The notes under the pieces were generated by a model. It ran no database searches and was not told the DNA's origin. It worked only from the letters and a program-made list of their open reading frames with translations. From the NCBI RefSeq assembly GCF_001447785.1, contig NW_015170281.1, positions 1,006,835 to 1,070,834 on the forward strand: a stretch of DNA of 64,000 nucleotides. The letters run 5' to 3'. A program made the translations under genes and the position numbers. This document shows, piece by piece, positions 1 to 12,446 of this stretch (positions within the stretch are counted from its first letter, which is position 1; every line of letters starts with the position of its first letter). This stretch comes from Gekko japonicus (taxonomy: Eukaryota).

Positions 1-569
1 CATTATTAGTCTTAAACATATCAGCAGCCTACTGCAATCACTACTTTTGAGTAAACATGGTTAGGATCATTAATATATTAACGTGGCATTTAGCAGAGCA
101 AGAAGCCCCTTCTCACAATCATTGACACTTCCTTGCACACAATCTATGTGAAAGAGACATTTTTCATATACTTGCTGGGGGCAGGAAACTGGCACTTCAG
201 GAGCTGATGGGAGAAAGAAAAATGTTAAAACTTGCAGTCAGCACTGGCATGAGGTCACTGCTGAGGAAAGCAGAAGCGATGCCATACTTCTCTAGGAATC
301 ATCAGAAACTATAGTTTTGCCAGAGTGTCTGGTGATTTTTAGAGAGGCATGACATCCCTTGTGGGCTTCTCTGGAAATAACATCACATCATCACTGATGG
401 CTATCCTGCCCATATCCCTGCTCCCCTGGTCTCTCAATCCTAAGCAGGCCTACTCAAAATCCTACTCAAGTATATTCAGTGGGCCTTACTCCCAGGAAAG
501 TGTTCGTAGGATTGCACTGAGAGTCCCATCAGATTTCATGTAGCAGACTAGCAGCTCTCAGGTCTGCTG

Positions 570-598
570 NNNNNNNNNNNNNNNNNNNNNNNNNNNNN
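570..598. other. assembly gap (N run)
   Basis: Run of N. Confidence 0.99.
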
Positions 599-1467
599 GA
601 TGTGTGTTACTTTAGTTCTTTCCCTAAAGTAGTCTGCATATTACCCCTGAGTTGCTTCACCTGTGCTTGAGCAAAACTAGATTTCAGTCCAGTACTTTCT
701 TTCCCCCCTCCCCTCCCCCAATATACACAATTTAAGCAAGGAGAAAATAAGAGCCAAAATACTGTTTGTCAAAGGCTATGCTTATAGCCAATGATTCCTG
801 GCTCTTTAAACCTTAAATTTGCCATGAAGCAGTCCAAAAGAAGGCTTAGCAAAGACGCTATGTTGGCCATGTCTAAGAACACGCCACAGGCAACAATTTA
901 TAACTAGCCCTCCAAAACATCTGATCAGAGACACATTCCCCTGGACAAGGAACACATGGCAAGACAAGGAGCCAAATCCCTACTCCTCCACTACTCAAAA
1001 CTGCAGCCAGCAGTTCTTTAATACCTCTGATCATATTGAAGCCGTTTGCTCTGTCCTAGGCCCAGGATTTACTGGAATGCTTAGAGATGTGCATCAAGGC
1101 CAGAAATTAGCCTGTTCCCTTTTATCTTTTAGGAACAGGGCTTTTTGTCTCCCTAATGCTATGCATGTAAAAAGAAGGAAATAAACCCAGGAAGCAGCAG
1201 GAGGAGGTGGTGGGAGTGATTGTGTAGAAATAATTTCCAAGAGTGTGAACCTTTAATAAGGCTCTTTGCCCCAACCCTCCCATCTCAAGTTCAGTCTGTT
1301 CAAATAAACAGTGTGGCTTGCTCTGTAATCCAGTCTGCCAGAGGTGACATTTGCTGATAGGATTTAAAATCAAAGATCCCTCTTCTCATACAGGCCTGAA
1401 GCTGCAGTCTGTGCCTCTAAAAGGGACTGTGCTTCATATACACACACACCCCACCGAACCAGAAGGT

Positions 1468-1729
1468 NNNNNNNNNNNNNNNNNNNNNNNNNNNNNNNNN
1501 NNNNNNNNNNNNNNNNNNNNNNNNNNNNNNNNNNNNNNNNNNNNNNNNNNNNNNNNNNNNNNNNNNNNNNNNNNNNNNNNNNNNNNNNNNNNNNNNNNNN
1601 NNNNNNNNNNNNNNNNNNNNNNNNNNNNNNNNNNNNNNNNNNNNNNNNNNNNNNNNNNNNNNNNNNNNNNNNNNNNNNNNNNNNNNNNNNNNNNNNNNNN
1701 NNNNNNNNNNNNNNNNNNNNNNNNNNNNN
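1468..1729. other. assembly gap (N run)
   Basis: Run of N abutting a TTC microsatellite. Confidence 0.99.
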
Positions 1730-1826
1730 TTCTTCTTCTTCTTCTTCTTCTTCTTCTTCTTCTTCTTCTTCTTCTTCTTCTTCTTCTTCTTCTTCTTCTT
1801 CTTCTTCTTCTTCTTCTTCTTCTTCT
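1730..1826 (+). repeat. (TTC)n microsatellite, possibly an expanded SINE tail
   Basis: Perfect TTC run of about 32 units. Squam3-type SINEs elsewhere in the window end in TCTTCTTC. Confidence 0.95.
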
Positions 1827-2051
1827 AACAGAAATGGTTTACTGGCAATAGAAATGTAACTCTCAAGGCTGAGGGTCACTACTGGTGATATTTCTCTACT
1901 TGTGGTTTGAAATGGCACACAAGGAAATAACAATACAATGGGAGAAGATGTAACATTTACTGGGCAGACATGGCACATGAGATCCATGAATGGTGGACAA
2001 TGTTTGAGACATGTCTCCTACTTCCAACTGCCTGTTGTCCATTATAGAGGC

Positions 2052-2235
2052 GGGGCTGTGGCTCAGCAGCAGAACATCTTCTTGGCATGCAGAAGATCCC
2101 AGTTTCAACCCCCATTATCTACAGCTGAAAGGAGCAGGCAGCAGGTGAGACCTGAATAGGTACTGCTGGTCTGAGTAGACAATACAGATTTTGATGGACC
2201 AGTGGTCTGATTCAGTGTAAGGCAGCTTCAAGTAT
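2052..2235 (+). mobile_element. tRNA-derived SINE with CR1-like 3' tail
   Basis: tRNA-like head GGGGCTGTGGCTCAG...CCCAGTTTCAACCCC (A/B boxes). 3' part GATGGACCAGTGGTCTGATTCAGTGTAAGGCAGCTTC resembles the CR1 3' hairpin/tail. Confidence 0.75.
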
Positions 2236-4944
2236 ACAAAAAGCAGCCACCTTCTGAGCTCCAAACTCCCTGACCATGACCAGGGGTTCAGTAGGCTAGA
2301 AAGCAGAGCTGGAATAAGCCTTGATGATTACCTGGTGGGTAAGAAAGTGAACCAGGGAAGAATTTGGGCCATTATGTATAAAGGTTGGTAGAATATACAA
2401 GGTAACAGGCAGAGCAGATGCTGGCGGGCCTGAAGTTGGCACAGCATTTTTTTTTAAACTTCATCTGGCAGGTTGTAAATAAACCCAAATGCAGACATCT
2501 GACAGAAAGTTATTTATTTACAAACTCATTAGTCACTTTTCTAAAAGAACATTATTTAAAGCAAGGTATGTTTAAATCTCATCCCAATTAATGTCGTTAC
2601 TAGCACATGGAAAATGAAATGACACTACAATTAAAAAGGTTAAAATCACAGAATTGATTGTAATAGTTGGATGGGGTATGGCTGGCGTTCCTAATTGCTT
2701 CAGCCCTTGCCTGGCTGCTTCACTGCAGGCATGTTTACAGCCCAAGTAACAGAGTATGAAACATTTGTTGCAGGTTTGTATATAAACTACACCAAAATCT
2801 GAGTGAAATTTGTCTGGCATGCTTATTACCTCAGATCACATCTAAGAGCACAACCATGTTCATTGTTGTACAATAGCCACAATATAACAAAACATGGACA
2901 TATGCATGGGAGAAACAGAAACATAAAGAGGAGGACTGAGATTGTGGTGAGATTTATTAACAGCACAGATACAAACTGATCATGTATCAAAATAAACTGA
3001 ACTGAACTAACAACACAGATTTTTGCTGTGCTCCCCTTCCCTAGGTGATTCCTGGGGTCTTGGGACCCACATGAATAAGCAGCAAGTCAGGGGCTCCAGT
3101 GAGAAGGGAAGATGGAACAGAAAGAAGCGGTCATTTTGCTTATTCCCTCTCTTTATTATGGCTCTCCCACCCATGCGTCTATCATTCCATGTGGGTCCTG
3201 AAATGCTAGGAATCAACTTTCTGAGGGTTGGAAGGAACTGCTGTGGGGAGGGGATTGCCACAAAAATCCAGATCTAGCAGCACCTTCCACTGCTAGGTTA
3301 CTGGATTCCATCTGAGAAGAGCCCAAATTCTTACAATTCTTAGATTGTTCTAAAATGCATATCATCCAATCTTAACATAAGACCCTCTGCAATAAGATGG
3401 TTATACACTTTGTCCTGAAAGCTGGCCATAGATATTCCTCTCCTTTGGACAGGATATTTAATCAAATTAATAAATTACCAAGGAGTTTAAAGCTCAGTCA
3501 GAAGAGAGCCCGTAGATCTACAAGACAGCACTGTGAACAGGATCTGACCAAAAGAAGAGTGGTTGAGAAATGGAGACCTGTAGGCAAGTCAAGGTAAAGA
3601 AAGCTTTGGGTGGAAATCTGGTAGGAATGGGAGGGAGGCTGTAAGAGACTAGGAATCCTACATAGTCCCGTCCCCCCCCAGCAACACTTATGCCATCATG
3701 GTGATTTTCATTCATTTGGCTGTGAATGAAATTTAGAAGTGTTAGGGAAGGTGAGCTCCATCTATTTTCCTGTGTGATTATGCATGCACACACAAACCCA
3801 GATGCACAAATCTTTGCAATGCTGAATGTTCCACATAATACAATGTGAACAATTGATTTGATGCAAATAAATAAAAGTTTGCCTAAGAATAACCTTGGGG
3901 CAAATTTTTATGATATAAACACTTTGCTAATTCTAGTTAGGTTAGCTGAAAATGGCATATATATATATATATGGAGCTGATGTTCACATTAATTGGTTTA
4001 TTCAGCATTGCTATACAAAGCTGTGAGAGATTGAAAAATGTTACTTGGCAAGCAGACTCTCATGCCTTGTTTGCTATGCAATTTCCATATTGTGTATTTA
4101 TGATATTATCTTATGTGTCTATTTGAAAAACAATAAAATATTTAAACATAAGGAAAAGCCCTTAAACTCCCCACACTTGCATGCTGATGCAAGGTTTAAT
4201 TAAAGTTATTTTCAAATAAGTTAGCGCCCACACCACTTCCATGGAACCTGGAGAGGTTCTGACATTTGAAAATAAAGAATGAAATGTTTTTACTCACTGA
4301 GGATTTAAAGGCACGGCACCGTTTTCGGGCCTGACAACTGAAGATCCTTCATCCTGCCTTTAGCTAATATTCCTTTTGTCTTAAAGGGTCTTCAGAGCTA
4401 CTCTTGGCTTGATTATGCCAGGTTTATTGACCAGCTGACTGCTTCTGATGGTGAAGGTAAACACTAAAACAACTAAACTGATCTAACAGCGAATGACAAA
4501 TCACATGCATCCCAGCAGATTTCTTTGTTTTCTCATGATTATGGGTCATTTTGAATAATGTTTTGTTCTTGTACCCCTCTCCAACTTAGTTTTGGAAACT
4601 TGAATGTGCATTCAGTATTTCTAGTGTGAAGAAGGCTTTACAGTTTTTGCCTTAGAGCCACTGGACTGTTTCTGTGAATGAAAGGATTTCTTCCCATGAC
4701 ATACAACTTTTCCACCTTCCCCTCTTGCTGCAGCCTCAAATCCCCCCCCCCCCCCCCCCCCCCCCGCTACTTCCTGGTCTCCCAAGAGCAGCATTTCAGA
4801 GCATTTGCGGATGCAGCAAGAGGGAAGGTGGAAAAGTCATGCTGCATGGGTGGAAGGAAATATTTCCATTTATAGAAACATTGTGGTGGATCCAGGCTTC
4901 TGCTGCACAATGGCCTAGCTGGTTGGGACCACACAAATCCCTTG

Positions 4945-5010
4945 GTTGACTAACCAAGTTTATTCCAGCATAACATTTCATAAGTCAGAGCTCACTTCAG
5001 CAGATGCATG
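4945..5010 (-). mobile_element. Penelope-like element pLTR remnant with degenerate hammerhead motif
   Basis: Minus strand GCAT-CTGCTGA-AGTGAG-CTCTGA-CTTAT-GAAA-TGTT-ATGC resembles the minimal PLE hammerhead (CUGAUGA...GAAA with GCAU/AUGC stem I). Confidence 0.55.
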
Positions 5011-6334
5011 TGGTATGGAATCTATTTAACATCGATTTTTATAATCAAAATCACCCAAAGGGAAGGCGAGAAAGATGAGGCATTGTAGCAGAGAGAGGTT
5101 AATAATCCCAAAACATTTTACTATACAGCACTCTGGCAGTATGCTGAACGGACCATAGACTATGTGTGACTTATTCTCTTTAGATAACTCTTTCCAAATC
5201 AGTTCCTCAGTCAAGCAATCTCTGAACATCTCTCACAAATCGAGTGCAATGCAGAAGTCTTCTAGTGAACTCTGTATGCCTTTACTGATAAGTCTATTGA
5301 TGAATACATGAGAAACTTCCAAAGAACTGTATATGCCTTATTTAACCCTTGTTAGTGTAATTAACAGAGTGCTTCTCTTATCAGTTCTTTCTTTCTGGTC
5401 TGTGGTAAAATTGACAATGTTGGGAGAAAAATCTTACCCGTTTCACTGAAGTGATGTTTCTTCTTCCTTCAAAGGGAGGTTTATAAAATTAAGGTTATTC
5501 CTTGACCTTGTCAGTTTCACTGAAGACCCGCTTGGTGCAAGAAAGGCAGGCAGCTAACAAGAAGCAGAGGAATGGCACAGGGTTACATAATGTCCCCATG
5601 TGCCTCTGGAAAGGGGAGCAGCTGGCAGAAAACATCCCTTATCATCTTTTACCCCCCCCCCAACACCTTCTGTGTATGTGTACTAGCCATGTCTTGCCTA
5701 GAAGTAGGCCAGAGTACAGCCTGGAAATGTACACCAAACCAAGATGGAACACAGCAAAACAAAATGGCTCCTAGCAGCAAAGAACAAGTCTGAACTTGCT
5801 ATGTTGGGGAGGTGGCCTTAGGGCATCTGTCAAACTAATAGTTTCCCCCCCCATCCAAAACAATGAGATATTTCTCTACATAATGGAGCCCACAGGATCT
5901 CCTCCTGAATGCAAGATTCCAACACCTGGCCACATTCCAAAAGAAACATTACCAGTTCCTGTTTGCACCAGGGAATCCATTCATCCATGTGATTGCAAAA
6001 TATGGCCACATCTTTGTCTTCTCCTTGAAATGCTATTCAGAGCTTTCCCTGCACATTGTTCTGGTCCCAGTTAATCCCTTCAGCACATTGTTTCAAGGGG
6101 CAGATGCATTATCATGCCTTCAAGTCCCATTTTTTCTATAACTAGGCAGCCACAGCTCCAATGCTGGGTGTCTATCCTGGGCCCCTGATGACATGTCACC
6201 CCAAATTCATTTGGGTTCCTTTCCATTTTCACAGCCTCTTCCCCATGGACTTCGGCATGTCTGGAATGGTAATTATAACTCCCAACAGCTTCCTATTATT
6301 CCCGCTCACCTCTGTATTTCCAGTACTTGTGTCA

Positions 6335-6420
6335 CACCAGCAGCTGTATGTGGAGGAGCGGGGAATCAAGCCCGGTTCTCCCAGATTAGAGTCCACGCTC
6401 CTAACTACTACACCAAACTG
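6335..6420 (-). mobile_element. Squam3-type SINE, 5' (tRNA-like) fragment
   Basis: GTGGAGGAGCGGGGAATCAAGCCCGGTTCTCCCAGATTAGAGTCC...TACACCAAACTG matches the full copies at 53946 and 57459. Confidence 0.85.
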
Positions 6421-7035
6421 ATTGGAAAACTTGGCAAACAGGAAAACTTGGCAAACACCTGGAGACATTAATAGATGATGCAACTATTGGCTGGATGGCT
6501 GGGCAGTATTCTGCTGAAACCTACCTGCTCTTTGGCATGGGAAGACATTGGTGGGTTCAGTACTTCCCAGCATAATTCTGGGCAGAAAATAAAGAAGGTG
6601 CCAAAGATATTCTCATCACACTCATTTTCTAAAGTAATAATAATTTTCTACAGTAATATAAATGACACTTTCTCGCTTTCAAAACTAGGGGGGACATCTT
6701 TTAAAAAGAAAAAAAATGAAAATGCATATTTGCACACCCCTAAAACAAATGTCAGAATAATCAGTTCTTCAGTGCTCAAAACTACGTACTCCTTTTCCCG
6801 TGGAAGAAGCTAGTCTTTTACAGGCATTCTCTGACACACACACCCAATCCAAAACACAGAGAGCAAAGCATTGGAGCACTGCAGTACTTACAAAGGACAT
6901 AATTACTGCAAACATTTACACTTAAACTGATTTACAGTTACCCACCACCTCAGTCTGTCATAAACAGACGAAGTAAAGAGTTGTAATTGGAAACAGTGGT
7001 GAAGCTAAAATATGCCTCATCTAAGGAGAGACAGA

Positions 7036-7313
7036 GGCTGATTTCGCACTAGAGCTGCCTCGATGTTGCCATTTGCCCCGATACTATTGGTCAATTTCAC
7101 ACCCGAAGCCGTGGGGCTGCATTTTGATTCTCGGCTTTGCCCGATTTCCCCCGCAGTGTTGTAATCCTGTTTTTTTAGGATCACAAAACTGCGGAGGAAA
7201 TCAGGCGAAGCCACGGGTCAAATGCAGCCCCGCAGCTTCGGGTGTGAAATTGACCAATAGTATCGGGGCAAACGGCGGCGCAACATTGAAGCAGCTCTAG
7301 TGCGAAATCAGCC
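7036..7313. mobile_element. fold-back MITE, PIF/Harbinger-like (3-bp TSD AGA)
   Basis: Arms GGCTGATTTCGCACTAGAGCTGC.../...GCAGCTCTAGTGCGAAATCAGCC pair over nearly the whole 278 bp. AGA at 7033-7035 and 7314-7316. Confidence 0.9.
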
Positions 7314-8394
7314 AGAATCTCAACAGTGTAAGACTTCCTAGAACCAGAACCTGTTAGGCTTTATAGGAAACTGACGTCTGTGGCAGAAGCAGCTCTCTGA
7401 CTGATCATAATAAGATAAGTGATGTCTTGTTAAGACACTCAGTTGCCACCAGTTCATCTCCCCTCCCCCCTTTGGCTGAATTTAGGCTTCATTTCTGTAC
7501 TCCAGTTTAATGCCATACTGAAATCACCTGCTTTTGTAAACTACTGCTGCTGCTGCTGCTGAAATTCAAAGAATTCAAGTTAATGGCAGAGATTTAATTT
7601 ATTGTGCTGAGATAATATGCTGAGTAATCTTCAAATATGATGTTCAAAAATAGAATGTACAGTAAACTGATAAGCAAACTGTCAGGATCCACCAAAGCCA
7701 GGTCTGAGTCCAGAACTGCCTCATCCTCCAGGGTTGCTTTCTGTTGGGCAAGTGTCCCAGGATAGAGCCTCAGAATGCAGCAAGATGAGAGGGTTTCTTT
7801 TCAACCAGTTCCGCAGAATGCTCTGCCAATAATCTATTTTATCTGCCAGGGAATGAGCCCGACTCTTCCTCCCTGGCTCAGCCAATCCTTTCTTCCCAGC
7901 CCAGTTCTGGTGAGTGCCAGGGGCCCCTGAGCCAATGGATGCTTGGCCTTGGATTAGGGAGATCACTGGCCCTTCCCCCTGAACTTCTTTAAAGAGCAGG
8001 GTGCCCCATCTAATCTCCTCTAGGAAGGTCAGTACTGTCCAGTGCCCCTGCCCCAGCAGAACTCCGCTAGGGTTCAGTGCCAAGATCCTGTCTGATAGAA
8101 ACTCAGCTGGGTTGGCTTCTGCTGCTGAGCATGCCTCTAAGAGCCAGCTGGGCTACCTCAAGCTGGTTGACTTCTGACTAGACTCAGTCAAGGCTATACC
8201 CTGCTGCAACCCAGCAGACAACTTCCCAGGCTTCAGGGCTTGCTGGTGCAGCAAGTCTTTTTTGGTGGGGCTTGTACTCCCCTGAGGTAAGTGCGGGGGT
8301 GGAGGTGCTGGCCCCCAGACACAGTCACCACTGATTCCAGATGACCTCTCATTACCAATTTACATCAGAAGTAATTAAAATGAAAGCAAATATT

Positions 8395-8830
8395 CCATGG
8401 GCTTCTGTGATAAAACCATCTTTCTTTGTTGTTTCTCCCACCCTATGGAATGGCCTGCCTGAGGAGATCAGGAAGGTCCCCACTCTCCTGGCTTTCCACA
8501 AACTATGCAAAACTGAATGATTCAAGAGGGCTTTTCTGCACAGATAACAGGGTTTCATTGTGCAAAACGGTTCACAAACTTAATTAATAAATAATTAGGG
8601 ACTGTGGTCGATGCTGTTGTGTAAGTAAGATCCTATTGTGTAATTTTTGCCCCATTTAGTGAGTCATGTTAATGCTAATGCTATGCTTCCGTTCCTTCTG
8701 GCTGGTTCCACACTTATACAATCCTAATATTATTGATTAAATATCCCATTTTGTTGATTGACTCACTGTATGTAATCTGCCTTGAGTCCCAGTGAGAGAG
8801 GCTATAAATACCGTACTGTAAATAATATTA
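8395..8830 (+). mobile_element. L2 LINE 3' fragment
   Basis: CCCACCCTATGGAATGGCCTGCCTGAGGAGATCAGGAAGG (PTLWNGLPEEIR, L2 ORF2 C-terminus) and 3' motif TGTAATCTGCCTTGAGTCCCAGTGAGAGAGGCTATAAATA. Confidence 0.7.
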
Positions 8831-9106
8831 ATTAATTAATTAATCTAAAGAGACTGATTTTAGGAATCATGATGTTCCTAGTGATTATGCATGTTTGATA
8901 TTTTTATTGATGGTATCTCTAGGAGTCAGTGCAATCATTGTATGATTAATATGAAAACAATCATGCTGTACTATTGTATATGAACTTTGAATAGCTCTGC
9001 GAGGTAGCAGGCCCAGCTCCAGTGCCGAAGTGTCTGGAACAAGATAATAAACAGGCAAATTTAGCAGATGAGCAAGGAGAGGGTAAGTGGCATTTTAAAA
9101 GTATAA

Positions 9107-9452
9107 AAGGTAAAGGTTCCCTTGCTCGAAAGCCAGTCAAATCCGACTCTAGGGTTGCGGTGCTCATCTCCGTTTCAAAGCCGAAGAGCCAGCGCTGTCC
9201 GAAGACATTTCCGTGGTCATGTGGCCGGCATGACTAAACACCAAGGTGCACGGAACGCTGTTACCTTCCCACCGAAGTGGTACCTATTTATCTACTTGCA
9301 ATTTCTTGCTTTCGAACTGCTAGATTGGCAGGAGCTGGAACTAGAGACGGGAGCTCACTCCATCATGCAGGACCCGGGTCTCGAACTGCCGAACTACCGA
9401 CCTTCCACAGCCTGCAGTTCAGCGTCTTAACCACTTGAGCCATCGCAGCTCC
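9107..9452 (-). mobile_element. Sauria SINE (Squam1), full length, 13-bp TSD
   Basis: Characteristic body (GTGGTCATGTGGCCGGCATGACT, GTTACCTTCCCACCGAAGTGGTACCTATTTATCTACTTGC), (ACCTTT) tail and tRNA head on the minus strand. TSD TTTAAAAGTATAA at 9094-9106 and 9453-9465. Confidence 0.95.
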
Positions 9453-9668
9453 TTTAAAAGTATAAGTATACCTAAATTTTAATATAAAGTTCTATCAAGA
9501 TAGGCTAAATGAAAAGATTTAAAATAGAAATGATGGCAAATAGTTAAAAAATACCTCTAGGTATCAACATTTTGTAAGTTCTACGTGTTTTAGCTGCTCA
9601 AACTACTTTGGTGTAGTTAATTTTATTCTTAAACAGGCTCAGAGTTTCTTGGCTAATTTTACTGCAGT

Positions 9669-10833
9669 CAGGGCCGGCCCGAGGGTTTTTTGCGCCCTAG
9701 GTGGGGCTACCTTCTGGCGCCCCTCCCGTGCACCCGATTATGGGGTTGCCAACCTCCAGGCAGAGCCTGGAGAGACGGAAGCCCTCCTCCTCCTCCTCCT
9801 CTGGACCACCCCCTCCACCTACCTGGCTGCCTGCCCTGCACCTCCAGGCGGGGGAGGCCGTGCGCTCCAAGCTGCAAACCCCTGGCTTGGCGTGCAAGCT
9901 CCCGCACGGGCCTCTCCCGGCTTCTCCCTTTAGTGGGGTGGGGGAGAGAAGTGGGGCAGCATGCGGGGGTTGTGTGCGAATTGTAGTGCCACCCGAAACC
10001 AGTGACCTTCCTTGTGTGTGTGTGGGGGGGCCTTCCTCTGGCAGGCGACCAGGCAGCACCGCGCAGGAGAACCTCGCCTGCCTCACCAGCCATCCTTTTG
10101 CCACCACCGCCTCCTCCTCCCACTGTTGCCGCCACTGAAGGGGGAGGGGAGGGGAGGGGGGAGGCGTGCCTCAGCTCAGGAAGGATGTAGCTCCAGAGCA
10201 AACTAATTCATGCAGCAGCCAAATCGCCCGCTCAGAACTTTAATGCCAGCAGCTCACAAAGTAGGATTTTTTGCTCACGAGATGCCACAGCTTCAAGGGT
10301 GCCTTAACCCCTCCCCCCGTCTTGATGCCAGCGACAACACTTTTTCTTCATTGTTGGAAGCCTCGGGGTGCCCCCGCTGCCACCTTCCCCCCACTGCCAC
10401 TGTTGCCCTCGCCCCTCGACCATACCTCTCGACTATCCCCACTGCTGCTGCTGTCCTCACCACCCCCACCACCCACCCCCAGGGCCAGCTCATGAACTTA
10501 CCTTCCCTGCGGGCTGGGCTGGCTAGTGGCTTGTTGGGGCTGCTACCGGCGTCGGCGAGTGCGACTGTTGCTGGTTGGCTCAGAGGGCGGCAGGGGCGAA
10601 TCGGTGATGGGCGCGCAGCCATGCAGCAGCCAGCAGACCAATGGGCACGCTGTGCGTGAGTTGGGGCAGGCGCACAGCGAGCAGCATGCGTGCTGCAGTG
10701 AGCTGAGGCAGGGCAGCGGCTTTGGGCAGGGATGGTAGGGGCTTTGGGGGGGCAACGGCACAGCAGTTGGCGCCCTGAACAAGCCTGCGCCCTAGGCCAG
10801 ACACTAGCTGGCCTAGTGAGAGAGCTGGCCTTG
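9669..10833 (+). mobile_element. non-autonomous hAT-type DNA transposon, GC-rich mosaic interior
   Basis: TIRs CAGGGCCGGC / GCTGGCCTTG. Perfect 8-bp TSD ACTGCAGT at 9661-9668 and 10834-10841. Confidence 0.9.
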
Positions 10834-10959
10834 ACTGCAGTACAGGAAGGGTTAAAAAGAGGGTCAAACAAAGTACAAGAATTTAACCTGAGGTCACAGG
10901 GCTAGTTTAAGCTCCAATACAACTTTTATGTCAGGTAGCATGAGGGTCAAGGTGAAACA

Positions 10960-11270
10960 GGGTACCATGCTGAAGAAAGTGGGTATATTCCCTCAGAAGG
11001 GACCCCTTATACAGTTAGTGGACAGGTATCCTATTGCACCAAGGAACCGTCCCCGGGCAGGGAGGGAGGGGGGCTCTTGGTGGTGATTCAATCCATATGC
11101 ATGTAGATAGATTGGTTGAGAACCCATGTACTGACTGCATGATCACTTGCCTGCCTGGTGCGAAGGTACCAGGCATTATATGTGGTCTAGAAAGCCTGAT
11201 AGACAGTGTTGGGGAGGAGCCAGTGGTTGTGGCATATGTTGGCACCAACAATGTGGGGAGATGTAGTCAG
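10960..11270 (+). mobile_element. CR1 LINE ORF1 fragment (SGNH/GDSL esterase domain), decayed
   Basis: GGDSIHMHVDR...MITCLPGAKV...LIDSVGEEPVVVAYVGTNNVGRCS, matching the GDS, CLPGA and VGTND motifs of the CR1 ORF1 esterase. Confidence 0.8.
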
Positions 11271-11329
11271 AGAAGGGCCTGCCCTGCCCTGGCTCCAACC
11301 TGGTAGAACTCTCTGCCAAACAGCATCCA

Positions 11330-11580
11330 TGCCCTGTGGGGCCTGTTACAGTTCTGCAGGCCTTGCAAGGCAGAGATGTTCTGCCAGGCATTTGGTTGTG
11401 GACAGCAACGGTTCCATTTTGGCACTCCTGTGAGATAGCAGTGTTATTGGTTTTTTGCACCATATTTGGATGTATTTTTGTTTACTATTGGTTTTAACCT
11501 GATTTTAATTTATGTTTTATTACTGTGTTGTACACCACTCTGAGCCCAGTTTACTGGGGGAGAGTAGTTGAAAAGTCAAA
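11330..11580 (+). mobile_element. L2-type 3' end fragment between the CR1 pieces
   Basis: T-rich 3' UTR ending TGTACACCACTCTGAGCCCAG...GGGGAGAG, an L2-type tail. Confidence 0.5.
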
Positions 11581-11669
11581 TTTAGTCAGGCTAGGCCACT
11601 GAGAGGTTGGCAAACACCTCTTGACTGCCTGAGAAGGTCTAGAGACCCTGTAAAAAGGCTGCAGGCATT

Positions 11670-11774
11670 ATAGATGCAAATGCTAGAAGTGTCTGAGGTA
11701 AAATGGAGGAGCTGGAATGCTTTGTGTTAGAAGAGAACATAGACATTGGGGGCATTTCAGAAACTTGGTGGGAT
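11670..11774 (+). mobile_element. CR1 ORF2 N-terminus (AP endonuclease), decayed
   Basis: Translates to ANARSV*GKMEELECFVLEENIDIGGISETWW (NARS...ETW APE motif). Confidence 0.8.
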
Positions 11775-12446
11775 TTGGTTCCATCACCGGCTTGAGCATA
11801 TCCGCTAACATTTTAATGACGTCTGCTCCCTCTTCCAGTTTTGGTCTCTGACTGCTTGGTTTCGTTTTAAACTTTCTTTGCAGGGCCGCCATCTTTTTCG
11901 TTTGTTTACAATTTCAAACCGCTTCCCCAGGGCTCTGAAAATCGTTGCCTCACTATCAGCACTCAGGTAAGTCTCTCAGAACAAAATTGCTGTTCGCTTC
12001 CCCCCTTGACCCTTCGATGCATTTATCTGTCCATGCGCTTAAGAGTCATCGCTCTTTGCGCTCCGCTTTTCCCACGGTGGGGGGAGCTCATTTTTTTCTA
12101 AAATACTCCATTTACATAGAACTCACATTCATTGTTGGTCACTTCTCTGACCTCGCTCCTGGCATTCAATATTCCGCTCTATATCCCGCGCTTGTCCAGG
12201 TCAAATTAGCTTGCACCCGAAGGCCACACAGCGGCAGGACCGTTATGGTGGATGGAAGCCTCGATTCTCCGGCATCAAGCCGTCGAAGAGGCTACCCCTC
12301 AAAAGCCCTCTGGCCTGGAGCCTATCGCAAAGGCTCCATGGGGATGCCACTTGAGGTGGCACCCCTCCATGCTCCTGGTGTGCTAATCGCCACCCCGAGG
12401 TCCGTGGAGAGCGACCACCATCGCCAATCCACAGTCCGGAAGTCCC
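11775..12446 (-). mobile_element. 5' end of an L1-clade element (5' UTR plus ORF1 start), 3'-deleted
   Basis: Minus strand starts GGGACTTCCGG after an A-rich flank, followed by a CpG-rich leader of about 555 bp. AAGATGGCGGC start gives MAALQRKFKTKPSSQRPKLEEGADVIKMLADMLKPVME. Layout matches the 29145 element. Confidence 0.6.

Noticed and set aside
1351-1987. Long poly-Leu and poly-Glu ORFs
   Set aside because: Artefacts of translating the N gap plus the (TTC)n microsatellite.
7680-8340. GC-richer block starting TGTCAGGA, possibly an LTR fragment
   Set aside because: No matching 3' CA terminus, TSD or internal motifs found.
9649-10871. Cluster of 100-190 aa ORFs on both strands
   Set aside because: Low-complexity GC-rich interior of a hAT element. 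No transposase or host protein motifs.
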